A stretch of DNA of 52,124 nucleotides from Octopus sinensis (Eukaryota): assembly GCF_006345805.1 (NCBI RefSeq), contig NW_021833987.1:1-52124 (forward strand), in the 5' to 3' direction. Every line of letters begins with the position of its first letter. Position 1 is the stretch's first letter. The notes beneath the pieces were generated by a model, which was given only the letters and a program-made list of their open reading frames with translations, did not search any database and was not told the origin of the DNA. The position numbers and the translations under genes are program-made. This document shows, piece by piece, positions 26,065 to 39,429 of this stretch.

Positions 26065-26444
26065 CATATATATATATATGTATGTATGTATGTATATATA
26101 TGGATGGATGGATGGCTGGATGGATGCATGCATGCATGTGTGTGTGTGTGTTTGCATCCCCCACTACCACTTGACGACCAGCGTTAGTGTGTTTATGGCC
26201 TCCGTAACAATAGCGGTTCAGCAAAAGGGATCGATAGAATAAGTACTAAGTTTAAAAAAGAAATAAAGGACTGGGGTCGATTTATTCGACTAGAAAATCT
26301 TCAAGGCGGTGCCCCAGCGTGGCTGCAGTCAAATGAATGAATCACGTAAAAGATAAAAGATAAGAGAACCACACCTTATACTTGCTACACACGACCACAC
26401 AACATAAAAATCATTTGCATTACACAGCATTTGTACCCCTAACG

Positions 26445-26740
26445 AAGTAGCTTTCAAACGGTGCACCGCGGAATTTTAAAAATATAATTTAAGGCTTTAG
26501 AAAATCTATACAAGATGATTGATCTTCTTGGAAAACGTGTTATTCATATTTTGTTATACACAAGTCTGATTAATAAAACAAGGCGATCAATAGGTTTTCT
26601 GTGTGTTTTTTTTTTTTCCTCCTAAATGTTTGATTTTAAAATATGCTGCGTTAACTTTCCATGCGAACTTCGCCAGTTTTTTTTATATTTGATCTCTAGT
26701 GCACCACGGAGTCAAAAAGATTAAGCAGTTCTACGTTAAC
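26445..26740. mobile_element. Degenerate hAT-like MITE
   Basis: Decayed terminal motifs and a repeated subterminal GTGCACC(G/A)CGGA near both ends. Confidence 0.35.
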
Positions 26741-27087
26741 GTAACTTACGGGCAGAATCGTTGTGATGACAGATAGAGTCCACTCAATGGATTTCCATTC
26801 AGTTTCCCTCTCCTCTATTCTCGAGGTTTAGAGACCATTAGAGTCTATCTTTATAAAATTGATTTCAAATTCTGGCACAAGGCCAGCAATTTCGTGGGAG
26901 GTATAAATCGATTAGATCGACTTCAGAGATCAATTGGTACTATTTTATCGACCGCCTAAAGGATGAAAGACAAAGTCGACCTCGGCGGAATTTAAACTCA
27001 GCATGCAAAGACGAAATGCCACTAAGCATGTCGCCCGGCGTGCCAACGATTCTGCCAGATCACCTTCTTGCTCATTTTGATAACATT

Positions 27088-27302
27088 CTTTTCTACACTA
27101 GGCACAAGGACCGAAATTTTTAGGGAGAGGCTTGTAGATTAAATCGACCTCAGTATGTAAATGGTACTCAATTTATCGACCCCGAAAAGATGAAAGGCAA
27201 AGTCGACCTCGGCGGAATTTGAACTCAGAACGTAGCGGCAGACGAAATACGGCTACGCATTTCGCCCGGCGTGCTAACGATTCTGCCAGCTCGCCGCCTT
27301 AG
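27088..27302 (-). mobile_element. SINE family B with 16-bp target-site duplication
   Basis: TCATTTTGATAA(C/T)ATT at 27072-27087 and 27303-27318. A second copy is adjacent at about 26855-27065. Confidence 0.88.
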
Positions 27303-27426
27303 TCATTTTGATAATATTAGTGAATTGATGAGTGCGAATCAAACTTCTAAACCAATCATGGGGCAACCTGAATGGCACGTCCAACGAAAAAGTATCTTCA
27401 CTTGTTTTTCTAGTAGCATGGCTTAC

Positions 27427-27481
27427 ATGATGATGAGTCCGGTCTCATATAGCCTGCCTCACGACGAAGAAGGTTGTCCAT
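27427..27481 (-). CDS. Candidate first coding exon of an unidentified minus-strand gene (MDNLLRREAGYMRPDSSS + 1 nt, phase-1 intron)
   Basis: Minus strand reads GAGAC-ATG-G (purine at -3, G at +4), with an in-frame TGA 15 nt upstream, 18 open codons of non-repetitive sequence, then the donor T|GTAAGC (27426-27421). No downstream exon was confidently found. Confidence 0.5.
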
Positions 27482-27880
27482 GTCTCTTCTAAATCAATGA
27501 CGCTCTTTCTTCACGGGCACACAAACACGATCACACGTTTACGCTCATATGTAGATATGCTCACGCAGAAGTGAGTGTTTGTGTATGCGAGGGAGAGAGA
27601 TAGAGAGTGCGAGAAAGAGAGAGAGAGAGGGAGGAGAGAAAAATAGATAGATAGAGAAGGAGAGACTGAGAGAGAGGGAAAGAGGGAGAGAGAGAGAGAG
27701 ATACATCCTGAAGTGGGTAATAAATACCCAGTAAACCAAGTCGGCGACACGGTTCGAAATTCTATGCATTTTAAACATTGTGTGAGATAGGTCTCGCCCA
27801 TATCGTCGTAGTGTCCACGTTGCATACACACACACACACACAGAATTCGCCAATACATCTACAAATCTTCCCTCCACTAG
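27482..27880 (-). promoter_or_regulatory. Candidate 5' UTR / core promoter of the minus-strand gene
   Basis: Initiator-like TCACTTC on the minus strand (27574-27568), a GA/CT tract upstream (27590-27700) and CpG-containing unique sequence. Confidence 0.3.
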
Positions 27881-27887
27881 TACCTCC

Positions 27888-28014
<127 letters not shown>

Positions 28015-28195
28015 CACACACAGACACACACACACACATATATATACACAAACGTGCATGTGTATGCACGCATGTGTGTGCGTGTTGATGCGCGCGTACT
28101 CGCACACAAACGCACATTCCGCATCTTTTCATGCATACATGTAATCACACAGAGACACACACACACACGCACACACACGCGCACACACACACACA

Positions 28196-28247
<52 letters not shown>

Positions 28248-28758
28248 ATACCATGTGCAGTAAATAGGCTTAACAATTCTGAATGTTCAAAGCTTCATCA
28301 CTTTAACTTCCTTATGCATCAGTAACTTTCCTTAAATGTTCACAGTGCGCCATAATGCTGCTGTTGCTGTTGCTGCTGCCCCTGCTGCTGTTACTGCTGC
28401 TGCTGCTGCTGATAATGATGATGAAGAGGGGTGTGAAGGGGTTTTTATTAAACAGTTCGATAGAGCTTCGATCTGCCGCTCATTGTACCATAACATTGCT
28501 GTGATCGATCGCTCGTTGAGTCGATCGAGCGATCGATAGATCGGCGTTTACACATTTCGTTTCCTTGTTGAACCATTCTTATTGACGCACTCGTTCATTC
28601 ACGTGATGGTTCGCCCTCCCTCCGCCGTCACTCACGGCTTCAACACCTTCTTGCTGTATCAGTTTCATACACATTCTACCCAATTCGACATATGAATGAC
28701 TTTACAGACATACGCTTGTGTGTGTGTTCATGTGATTGCATATGTAATAGGGTATATG

Positions 28759-28798
<40 letters not shown>

Positions 28799-29079
28799 GT
28801 ATGTATGTTTGTATGTATGTATATATATATGTATATATGTATGTATGTATATTTGTATGTATGTATTTAATTACATACAAGCACATGTACACAGACGTAT
28901 AATTACACATTTTTAAATATACACAAACTCAAATTTTTTTACAAGTCCTCATCTAATATAAGAGATGCTTTATACACATACATCCATCCATACATACATA
29001 CATGCATACATAGACACAATCACACACACATACATACATACATACATACATACATACATACATACATACATACATACAT

Positions 29080-29535
29080 AGGTGCAGGAGTGGCTGTGTG
29101 GTAAGTAGCTTGCTTACCAACCACATGGTTCCAGGTTCAGTCCCACTGCGTGGCACCTTGGGTAAAGCGTCTTCTCCTACAGCCTCGAGTCGACCAAAGC
29201 CTTGTGAGTGGATTTGGTAGACGGAAACTGAAAGAAGCCTGTCGTATATATGCATATGTTTATATGTGTGTGTGTGTGTGTGTGTATGTGTGTGTGTGTG
29301 TGTGTATGTGTGTGTGTGTGTGTTTGTGTGTCTGTGTTTGTCCCCCCAACATCGCTTGACAACCGATGCTGGTGTGTTTACATCCCTGTAACTTAGCAGT
29401 TCGGCGAAAGATACCGATAGAATAAGTACTAGGCTTAGAAAGAATAACTCCTGGGGTCGATTTGCTCGACTAAAAGGTGATGCTCCAGTATGGCTGCAGT
29501 CAAATGACTGAAACAAGTAAAAGAGTAAAAGAGTA
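29080..29535 (+). mobile_element. SINE family A, full length
   Basis: Collinear match to the reference copy. Confidence 0.9.
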
Positions 29536-29642
29536 TATACGTGTGTGTATGTATATATATATATATATATATGTATATACGCTTGCATGTATGTACGTGT
29601 GTATATATATATGGGTGTGTGTGTGTGTGTATTATATTCAAT

Positions 29643-30040
29643 CTTTTACTTGTTTTAGTCATTAGACTGGCCATGCTGGAGCACCGCCATCACGAATTTT
29701 ATTTGACCGAATCGAACCCAGTAATTCTTTTTTTAAAGAATCGGAATTTTTAGTCGAACCGCTAAGTTACAGGGACATAAACAAACCAACATCGGTTGTC
29801 AAGTAGTGGTGAGGGAAAAACAAAAGTACAAAGACGCCCTCTCGCCACCACCACTACCACACACAGATATATGCATATACGGTGGGTATCTTTTCAGTTT
29901 CCGTCTACCAAATCCACTCACAAGACTTTGGTCGGTGCGGGCTATAGTGGCTATTGTAGAAGACAGTTGCCGAAGATGCTATGCAGGGGGATGGAACCCG
30001 GAACAATGTAGCTGAGAAGCAAACGTCGGACCACAGACCC
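29643..30040 (-). mobile_element. SINE family A, diverged
   Basis: Reverse-complement match. Confidence 0.8.
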
Positions 30041-30245
30041 GTGCATGCATGTATGTATGTATGTATGTATGTATGTATGTATGTATGTATGTATGTATGC
30101 ATGTATGTATGTGTGTATGTATGTATGTATGTGTATGTATGTATGTATGTATGCATGCATGTATGTATGTATGCATGTATGTATGTATGTATATATGTAT
30201 GTATGTATTTGTGTATGTATGTATGCATATATGTATGCATGTATG

Positions 30246-30279
<34 letters not shown>

Positions 30280-30353
30280 TGTATGTATGTGTGTATGTAT
30301 GTATGCATGTATGTATGTGTATGTATGTATGCATGCATGCATGTATGTATGTA

Positions 30354-30400
<47 letters not shown>
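30041..30400. repeat. (TATG)n compound microsatellite
   Basis: Read directly. Representative of dozens of TA, CA, GA, TATG and TATC tracts (e.g. 2775-3130, 35837-36270, 41380-41890, 49718-50075). Confidence 0.95.
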
Positions 30401-30401
<1 letters not shown>

Positions 30402-30992
30402 GAGGGATTGGGCTTGCGCGCGTAATTGCATAATCTTGTTAGTAATCACTCATTCGCACAATGTGATCTCATTCCCTCGTTCTTGGCCTCTCTTTCCATC
30501 TCTCACACTTCACGTTCAGAATCGCACAGATGGCCACACACTCTCCATGCTAGACATCTGTATCGTGTGCTAATTTGAACTGCGATCTTCCTAATTCCTT
30601 TTGGAGCTTCCTCCTCCCCCTCCTCCCCCTCCTCCTCCTCTTCTCTCTCTCTCTCTCTTTTTCTCTCTCTGTGCGCATGCGTGTGTATATCTATATATAT
30701 ATATCTGCCTCTGTCTGTCTGCCTCTCTTTCTCTCTTTGCGTGTGTGTGTGTGTGTGTGTGTGTGGTGTATACATATATATATATATATCTGTCACTGCC
30801 TGTCTTTGTCCCTGTCCCCCCTCTCTCTCTCTCTCTCTATCTATCTATCTATATATGTATATAGTAGAACTCAATGCACAGGAGCCCCCGCTTTTCATCC
30901 CCAACATAGATGTTGGCTTTCTTATTGATAATGCTTTTCCCTATATGCATAAAAGTAATTCTTTTCCCAAATAAATTGCACCTCATATTTGA

Positions 30993-31073
30993 GGCTCTGA
31001 TGAAGCCATAAGGTGTTACTCAGGCACTCAACTATGAGTCCACTGCATCTTATAGCAGAAACAGCCGTAAGCT
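30993..31073 (+). ncRNA. Minimal type I hammerhead ribozyme motif with long stem II
   Basis: GGCT-CTGATGA-A-GCCATAAGGTG...CATCTTATAGC-A-GAAA-CAGCCG-TA-AGCT. Core intact; stem III is one change from a palindrome. Confidence 0.75.
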
Positions 31074-32801
31074 AATGAAGTACAGGACCTTTGAGTTATA
31101 GTTATAATCCTTCTAACAATCTTCTGTTCTCCTTCTGTTTACTAAATTTCATCCCCAAGGTGAGAATCAATCGGAATCTTTGGCAAAGACATCTGTTCAA
31201 GATGCCGCACAGAGAAACCGAGACTTGGACCTCATGAATACGAAACTATTCGCCTAAGACTATTTGTCTAAGACTTCGTCACGTATTTGTTTATAATTAC
31301 ATCCATCCATCTATAAAGAAAGCTGTGTATTAATTAGTTTGGAGTATGTATCTTTTACTAAAACAAAAGTCAACACTGTCAAATAAATTCGTATAAATTC
31401 TAATTTTAATATACTGTTTTTTTCTTTTTTATTAGAATATAGTTTTCAAGTTACTTTTATTATTGAAGATTTCAGCTTCACGACTCACTCACAAATCAAA
31501 TTTTTATTAACTGCAACATAGACATCTTACGTTGGACGATGGCTTTCTTAACGTGTCTGTTTATACTTCAGGAAATATAAATGTCCAACTATTTACAACA
31601 CTACTTTCTGCAGACATATCAATAAAAACATTTCTCCAAATTATAAGTTTAATTCAGTGTCAGCCAAATTATGGTGATTCCGGTATCCTTTCATATTTGT
31701 TGCGTGTTGTTGAAGAAATAGAAAGCGGAATTAGAGAAATGGTTCTAATTTTCTTACGTCATTTGTAGCAGATATAAACATTTATTTGTAAAAAATGTAT
31801 CTACTTGTCACGACGTGTAATCGAAATCTTTAGCACAAAGAAGCAAGTTCAAGAGCTACGATTTCAACATCCTTGACTATGAAAGGATATCGAAAACACA
31901 ATCGATATTTTTAACATAAATAATGTTATGAACATCAATAAATTTATGTATCAAAATAGAAACGAGGATATATACAAAACGTGGGATTGTCATGAGTTCC
32001 GTTAGTATGTGTCATTACATATAAAACGTATTTTAATTGAACGAACATACATTTCTGTACAAAGCTACAACTGATTTCATTGATTGAGTATCGTGCTTCG
32101 TGATGTCCAAACCTGTCGGAAATGTGATGGTGAGCTAACAAAGTGGTTACAGCTGAGCTTACACGTCAGGTTGTTGATTCGATTAGCTTGGAAGTTTTTA
32201 ATGTAATTCCCTCGGTATCTACCTCCTACAAATGCCTCAGGTAGACTAGAGCCTTTGTGAATTAAATTTCGTTCATGGAAGACTGTGTCGGAGAGACAGT
32301 CTGTATTTTTGGCGGGTGCGTTTTCTAATCCGTCGCCTAGTTATACATCACCATCTAATTCATAGGTACCTTTGGGAGGGCACACTCTGCTGTAAATATT
32401 CGGGTGATATTTTGATACATAAATTTATTGAGATTTCTGGTCTGAAGATAATTTCTATCCTTTCACCGGTTTCAGATACCTTGACAAGTGTTATAAGTGC
32501 TGCCTTTTCTCTTTGAGGTTCTTGCAAAAAGGATACTAAACTGCACATACTTATACACAGGTTATATACACATACATAGGAAGAAACCCCAATGTTGTTA
32601 CTTGATTTGCTAGAAATAGCACTCAAATTCCCTAAAGTCACACATTACTGCTTTTTAACTTAAAGATGGACATGGTTGGAAGCGTTTTTAAGGATAGTTT
32701 CGCTGATTCACAATCGACATAGATTTAAACATCAATATATGCAAAGATGGACCAACCTAGATTGGGCACTAGCTTACCTAGGACTGGTCAAATGATTTAG
32801 A

Positions 32802-32846
32802 CACGTCTGATGAAATCCCAATAAAGGTCGAAAATCGATTAAGAAT
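32802..32846 (+). ncRNA. Degenerate hammerhead-like motif
   Basis: CTGATGA-AATCCCAATAAAGGTC-GAAA-ATCGAT-TA. Core and palindromic stem III present; stems I and II pair poorly. Confidence 0.4.
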
Positions 32847-32985
32847 TTTCACCATTTTTTAATCTTTAGAGCAAGCGGCAAATTTGTCATATTTATATAT
32901 ACACACATACACAAACACATACATACATATATACATACACACACACATATATGTATGTATATATAACATGTATATACATGCATAC

Positions 32986-33016
<31 letters not shown>

Positions 33017-33251
33017 CATATATACATGCATACATGCATAGACACATGCATACATACATACATACATACATACATACATACATACATACACACACACACA
33101 CTGTCTTATTCGTGCATTGACGACTTACATGTGAATTCAGAACATATATTCTATTCTCGTTCCATACATTTTCTTAAGTCTTCACTTTCGAATGGTCCGG
33201 TCCGTCTAGTTGTGTAACTCTGTATATCAGTGAAGTCATGCATGTTGTATA

Positions 33252-33497
33252 CTCTTTTACTCGTTTCAGTCATTTTACTGCGGCCATGCTGGAACACCGC
33301 CTTTAGTCGTGCAAATTGACCCCCAGGACTTATTCTTTCTAAGCCTAGTGCCTATTCTATCGGGCTTTTTTGCCGAACCGCTAAGTTACGGGGACATAAA
33401 CGCGTCAGCATCGGTTGTCAAGCGATGTTGGGGGAACAAACACAGACACACAAACATATATACACACATACATACATACATACATAGATACATACAT

Positions 33498-33534
<37 letters not shown>

Positions 33535-33608
33535 TATGTATGTATGTATGTATGTATGTATGTATGTATGTGTGTATATATTTATAGAAGCTCCTTCTAT
33601 AAAATAAA

Positions 33609-33642
<34 letters not shown>

Positions 33643-33990
33643 CACATCTATATATACATATATATATATATACATACATACACAGAGACACATACATATG
33701 TATATATACACATAAATATATGTATGTATATATGTGTGTGTGTGTGTGTGAGTGTGTGTGTGTGTGTGTTTGTGTCGGTGTGTATGATTTTGCGTCTGTG
33801 TTTGTGCCCCAACACCGCTTGACAACCGGTGTTGGTATGTTTACGTTCCCGTAACTTACCAGTTCGGCAGAAGAGACAGATAAAGATAACTACCAGGCTT
33901 TAAAACGATAGGTCCTGTGGTCGATTTGTTTAACTAAAACTCTACAAGGCGGTGCCCCCGCATGGCCGCAGTCTAATGACTGAAACAAGT
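33252..33990. mobile_element. Two oppositely oriented SINE A 3' halves joined by a microsatellite
   Basis: Minus-strand half at about 33252-33455 and plus-strand half at about 33795-33990. Confidence 0.8.
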
Positions 33991-34274
33991 CAATGACAGA
34001 CGCTTAAAAGGTTCCACAGGCATTTTCCGAGTTTCGATGCCAGAGAAAATAAGCAAGAGGTAGAAATGTAGACAACCTGCCAGGTGTAGGTGCCAAAAAC
34101 AATTTCGGTAGTGGTGGTCTTATGTGGTACGAAAATTATAACACAGTTACAGGTGTAGTGAAAACGATAGATCAATGTATGTATAATGTGTGTGTGAGTG
34201 CGCGCGCGTGAAATAAATATGCGCCAGAATGAAAAGACATATCTATCTATCTGTCTGTCTATCTAGTATGCACA

Positions 34275-34561
34275 TATATATATATATATATATATGGAGG
34301 CGAAATGGCATAGAGGTTAGGGTAGCGGTCGTAGGACCGCGGTTTCGATTCTCGGACCTGGCGTTGTGAGTGTTTATTGAGCGAAAACACCTAAAGCTCC
34401 ACGAGGCAAGGGTTGGTGGCGATCCCTGCTCTACTCTTTCGCCACAACTTTCTCTCACTCTTTCTTCTGTTGGCCTGCTCGCTTCATTTGAAGGCTAAAA
34501 CAACGCAAAGCGCATTGTGACCAGCGATGTGTAGCAACATCTGATAGCCTGGTCGGTCACG

Positions 34562-34566
<5 letters not shown>
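34275..34566 (+). mobile_element. tRNA-derived SINE family C
   Basis: tRNA-like head, and a body (ACACCTAAAGCTCCACG...CGCCACAACTTTCTCTCACTC) shared with the copy at 44321-44590. Confidence 0.75.
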
Positions 34567-34592
<26 letters not shown>

Positions 34593-34909
34593 TACATAGC
34601 ATATATTTAAAGTATTAATTTTATATGCAGATACACATCAATTATGTACATGTTACGGATGCATTATATGCAATTGATAATAAAATAAGATTACAGATGG
34701 CAACTAACATTTTCTTGTCATGGGACTATACTGTAGCAAAATCACTTTTTAAGAATTATACTGGAGTTACTGTGAGTTTCAAGTCAATACACACACACAC
34801 ACACACACACGCACACAAAAGTATACACACAAACACACAAAAGTATATATATACACACACATTATATAATACAGTATATATATAAACCTATATCTATCTA
34901 TCTATCTAA

Positions 34910-34980
<71 letters not shown>

Positions 34981-35141
34981 CATACGATATGTATGGTGAG
35001 TTATATTTTAAATGATATATAATATATTTTATAAATATTTGCATCAGATAATATATAATAATTATAAACATACATTATATGCACATTATTTACATTATTT
35101 ACATTTGATGGATATTTGTCCTCATCTTGTTTGTTGTTAAC

Positions 35142-35177
<36 letters not shown>

Positions 35178-35178
<1 letters not shown>

Positions 35179-35383
35179 CTTTTTACTTTCACCTTTTAAT
35201 TGTTTCAGTCATTAGACTGCGGCCATGCTGGGGTACCGCCCTGAAGAATTTTTAGTCGAATGAATTGACCCTAGTATGTTTTTTAAAGCCTGATACTTAT
35301 TCTATCGACTCTATTGCCGAACCTCTAAGTTACAAAGACATAAGCACATCATCAGTTGTCTAGCAGTGGTGGGGCGATAAACG

Positions 35384-35468
<85 letters not shown>

Positions 35469-35630
35469 GTACAACGGGCTTCTTTCTGTTTCCATCAACC
35501 AAATCCACTCACAAGGCTCTGGATGGTCGAGGATATAGTAGAAGAAACTCGCTCAAGGTGACATGCAGCAAGACTGAACCCGGAACCACGTGGATGGGAA
35601 GCAAGCTTCTTACCACATAGTCACGCCTCT
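35178..35630 (-). mobile_element. SINE family A
   Basis: Reverse-complement match with an internal (CA)n tract. Confidence 0.85.
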
Positions 35631-35836
35631 GCAGCCGTGATTGGGCACCGCCTTGATTGAATAAAGCATATATTTACTGTGTATAGGTTTTTCATGCGGT
35701 CACCCACCTAATCGCTAAATATTTGGCTCGATGTTTCTTAAGTTCTGTGATTGGACGAGAATCGATGTATCCGGGTTGAGTTACAAGTTTCTATGTGGTG
35801 TTCTTCTTTTTTCTTAATTTGTTCTTTTGTTGTGAA

Positions 35837-35916
<80 letters not shown>

Positions 35917-36070
35917 AATCTCTCTCTCTTTCTCTCTCTCTCTCTCTATGTATGTATGTATGTATGTATGTATGTATGTATGTATGTATGTATGTATGTA
36001 TGTATGTATCTATCTATCTATCTATCTGTCTGTATGTCTGTCCGTCCGTCCATCTATCTGTCTGTCTTTT

Positions 36071-36157
<87 letters not shown>

Positions 36158-37730
36158 ACATACATACATACATGTGTGTATATATATTTATGTCTATTTA
36201 TCTGTCTGTCAGTCTATCTGTCTGTCTGTCTGCTTTTCTATCTCTGTATATCTATCAATCAGTATATCTATCTGTATAGCTATATGTCATTATCAAAAGT
36301 TAAGAGAATATTCAGTGTTCTCAGGACACGATATAGCGGTAATCTTGTTCAACTGTCCGAGTTCGTGACTTTGCATGCGTTGGCCCGGGTAGATAACCTG
36401 CATGAACAGTAGCGTAATAGACGAGATTTCTCTGGAATCCAAACGCAGCGTCTGTCAACGTGGCTAGGTAGGGGAAGATTATGGTCCGAGGTTATTTTTG
36501 AATGTAAGGGAGAAGTGTGGGAAGGGTGAGGTAATGACGTATCAAAGGGTTTAGGTAACGCGACGTACGGTTGTTTTGTTGTTTTGCCGGTAGTCTGCAG
36601 TCTGACGACGACACCTGCTACCGAAACTTCGAAGTCTCTGTCAACAACATTCTTCCATAAGAATAATAAAATATAAAAGCATAGAGTAACCCATCAGATT
36701 AATGTAGAATCGTTCTTATAACGGAACATAAAAACAAACGTTACGTATGTATGTATGTATGTATGTATGTATGTATGTATGTATGTATGTATGTATGTAT
36801 GTATATAGGTATGTAGGTATGTATGTATGTAGGTATGTATGTATGTAGGTATGTAGGTATGTATGTGTGTATGTATGTGTGTATGTATGTATGTTGTATG
36901 TAGGTATGTATGTGTGTATGTATGTATGTTGTATGTATGTGTGTGTGAGTGTGTGTAATATGATATAATATAATACAAATAACTTTTATTGCAAATATTT
37001 AGTTAATTTTAGTTCTTGGCTGCTATTTAATTTTATTGATTTCACCTCATCTAATGGATAAAATGAAAATCTTGCCTCCGTAGGTATTGAACTAAGAACA
37101 CATATTGACGTTTGTTGAATACTGCCAGAGTTTGTACGCAGAGTTCTACGGGGATTTTAGTTTTTGTCATGCAATCAACATTCAACTTCGTTTATATCGA
37201 CTCCAGAGGGACTGACTGGAACACAGAACACAGAACACAAACTGACAAAAGTAAATACCTAAGTTAATCATGCTTTTAACCGATGATGATGACGATGACG
37301 ATGATGATCATCATGATGATGACGATGGCGATGATGTCGGCCATGATGATGTCGACGTTGATGGTGACGAATGCGATGGTAACAATGATGATGAGATGAC
37401 AAAAGGACTAATCCTACACATGAAGATGTGGTAGGAATGTTATGGTAGGCTTCTTGGTTCCATAGTTGTTATATAGAAATCCTTAATCCTAAATCATTTC
37501 CCTCGTCTCCGTTAATGACATGAACCAAAAGGTCAATCAAGTCATTGTACGAGAAGAGACATTTGAATCCAATCCGCTGTAGATAGACGATCTATTTATT
37601 GTCCTGTCACTATTTAATGTCCTTGTCATACGCTCACCTATCGATTGGAGGAAACTTTTGACATCTCTCACTCTCAAAGTCTTTTGGCCGCAGAAATATT
37701 TGATTTGTTTTGTGTTTTAGTATTCTAAGC

Positions 37731-38060
37731 TGTGAAAGTGCGTGGCTTACTGGTTAGCGTATTCGGCTTACAATCGTAAGCTCGTGATTTCGATTCCCGG
37801 CGGCGCATTGTATGCTCGAGTAAGACATTTTATTTCACGTGGCTCCAGTCTGCTCAGCTGGTAAAAATGAGTTATATCTATATTTCAAAAGGGCCAGTCT
37901 TGTCACATTCTCTGTCACGCTGAATCTCCCTGAGAACTACATTAGGGGTAAGCTTTCCTGTGGAATGCTCAGCCACTTGCTCGTTAATTTCACGAGTAGG
38001 CTGTTCCATTAATCGGATCAACTGGAATCCTCGTCGTCTTAACCGACGAAGTGCCAGTAT
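37731..38060 (+). mobile_element. tRNA-derived SINE family D
   Basis: A-box TGGCTTACTGG and B-box TTCGATTCCC. Body GCTCCAGTC..CTCAGCTGG.AAAAATGAGT is shared with about 42570-42720; a decayed minus-strand copy lies at about 4340-4570. Confidence 0.75.
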
Positions 38061-38505
38061 TGTAATCTTCAACCGCGATAAAGACGATCGATCCCATAAG
38101 TGAATTTGCTAGAAACAGTAGCTAAATGTCCCAAACCACTCTCTGCCGTTTAAAAATTGGGTACATTAAATAAATGTGGTACACTATGTTTAAAAAAAAA
38201 AACTGCTGTGATGATCACTTTTAATCATAGATCAGGCTGATAGGGATGCATGGGGCTGAGACACAACCAGCACAACCGCCATTAACATCACCATCACCAA
38301 CAACAAATACAAAACATCTACTGAACAAAATGTATTGTAGTAATTTAATTTGTCCCAGTCTCCACAACCACCCATTCGCGTTCAAATCCCATCAGAATAG
38401 AGTTCGTTTATCACCTTTCCCGAGCCAATAAATTATTAGGGTCTCTTTAACTGACAACAATTTCGCCTCCCAAAACTTTTGATCTTGTGCTTATATCAGA
38501 AATAA

Positions 38506-38516
38506 GTATTATTATT

Positions 38517-38562
<46 letters not shown>

Positions 38563-38569
38563 CCATCAC

Positions 38570-38635
<66 letters not shown>

Positions 38636-38640
38636 CATTA
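38506..38640. repeat. (ATC)n/(ATT)n microsatellite
   Basis: Read directly. Similar trinucleotide tracts at 9217-9288, 14990-15148 and 50781-50885. Confidence 0.95.
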
Positions 38641-38860
38641 CTGCTTTTGTTCTTATTAAGAAAGTTGCAAGCTGGCAGAATCTTTAGAATGCCAGACAAA
38701 AAGCTTAGTGGCATTCCGTCCGTCTTTGTGCTCAAATTCTGCCGAAGTCTACTTTGTCTTTCACCGGTCAAGAACTGGGGTCGGTGTTACCGACTTTACC
38801 GCTACCCCCATCCAGATTTCAAACCTTGTGCTTATATTAGAAAGAATATTATTTCATATA

Positions 38861-39281
38861 TAGGCGCAGGAGTGGCTGTGTGGTAAGTAGCTTGCTTACC
38901 AACAACATGGTTCCGGGTTCAGTCCTACTGCGTGGCACCTTGGGGAAGTGTCTTCTGCCATAGCCTCGGGCCGACCAAAATCTTGTGAGTGGATTTGGTA
39001 GATGGAAACTGAAAGAAGCCCGTCGTATATATGTATATATATATATGTATGTGTGTGTATATATTTGTGTGTCTGTGTTTGTCCCCATCACTTGACCACC
39101 GATGGTGGTGTGTTTACGTCCCCGTATCTTAGCAGTTCGGCAAAAAGAGACCGATAGAATAAGTACTAGGCTTACAAAGAATAAGTCCCGGGGTCGATTT
39201 GCTCGACTAAAGGCGGTGCTGCAGCATGGCCGCAGTCAAATGACTGAAACAAGTAAAAGAGTAAAAGAGTAAAAAGAGTAC
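38861..39281 (+). mobile_element. tRNA-derived SINE family A, full-length reference copy
   Basis: A-box TGGCTGTGTGG, B-box GGTTCAGTCC, CORE-like CCTTGGG(C/G)AAGT, internal (TA)/(TG) tract and (GTAAAAGA)n tail. About 17 copies or fragments in the window. Confidence 0.9.
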
Positions 39282-39429
39282 TGTGTATGCTTTCACTTTC
39301 TTTTTTTCGAAATCATTCCATTTCAATGTAGATCTTTCCCTATCATCAGTATTATTGAACACTTAAGTGACTGGGAATAACATGCGATCGGGAGGGGTCC
39401 ACATAAACATTCAAGCCTTAATTACCTTC

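Noticed and set aside
31532-31768. 78-aa non-repetitive ORF
   Set aside because: TTG start, no recognisable motif, no splice signals and AT-rich context; an ORF of this length is expected by chance.
36597-36643. Hammerhead-like CTGACGA...GAAACTTCGAAGTC
   Set aside because: Stem II cannot pair, and the GAAACTTCGAAGTC part is the arm of the palindromic MITE seen at 41971-42106.
37731-37805. tRNA-like sequences (also at about 34275, 38861 and 44321)
   Set aside because: They are SINE heads with A/B boxes, no complete cloverleaf, and continue into SINE bodies.
39324-39354. Minus-strand CTGATGA-TAGG-GAAA-GATC-TA
   Set aside because: Only 4 nt lie between the core segments, so there is no stem II; may be chance or a deleted remnant.
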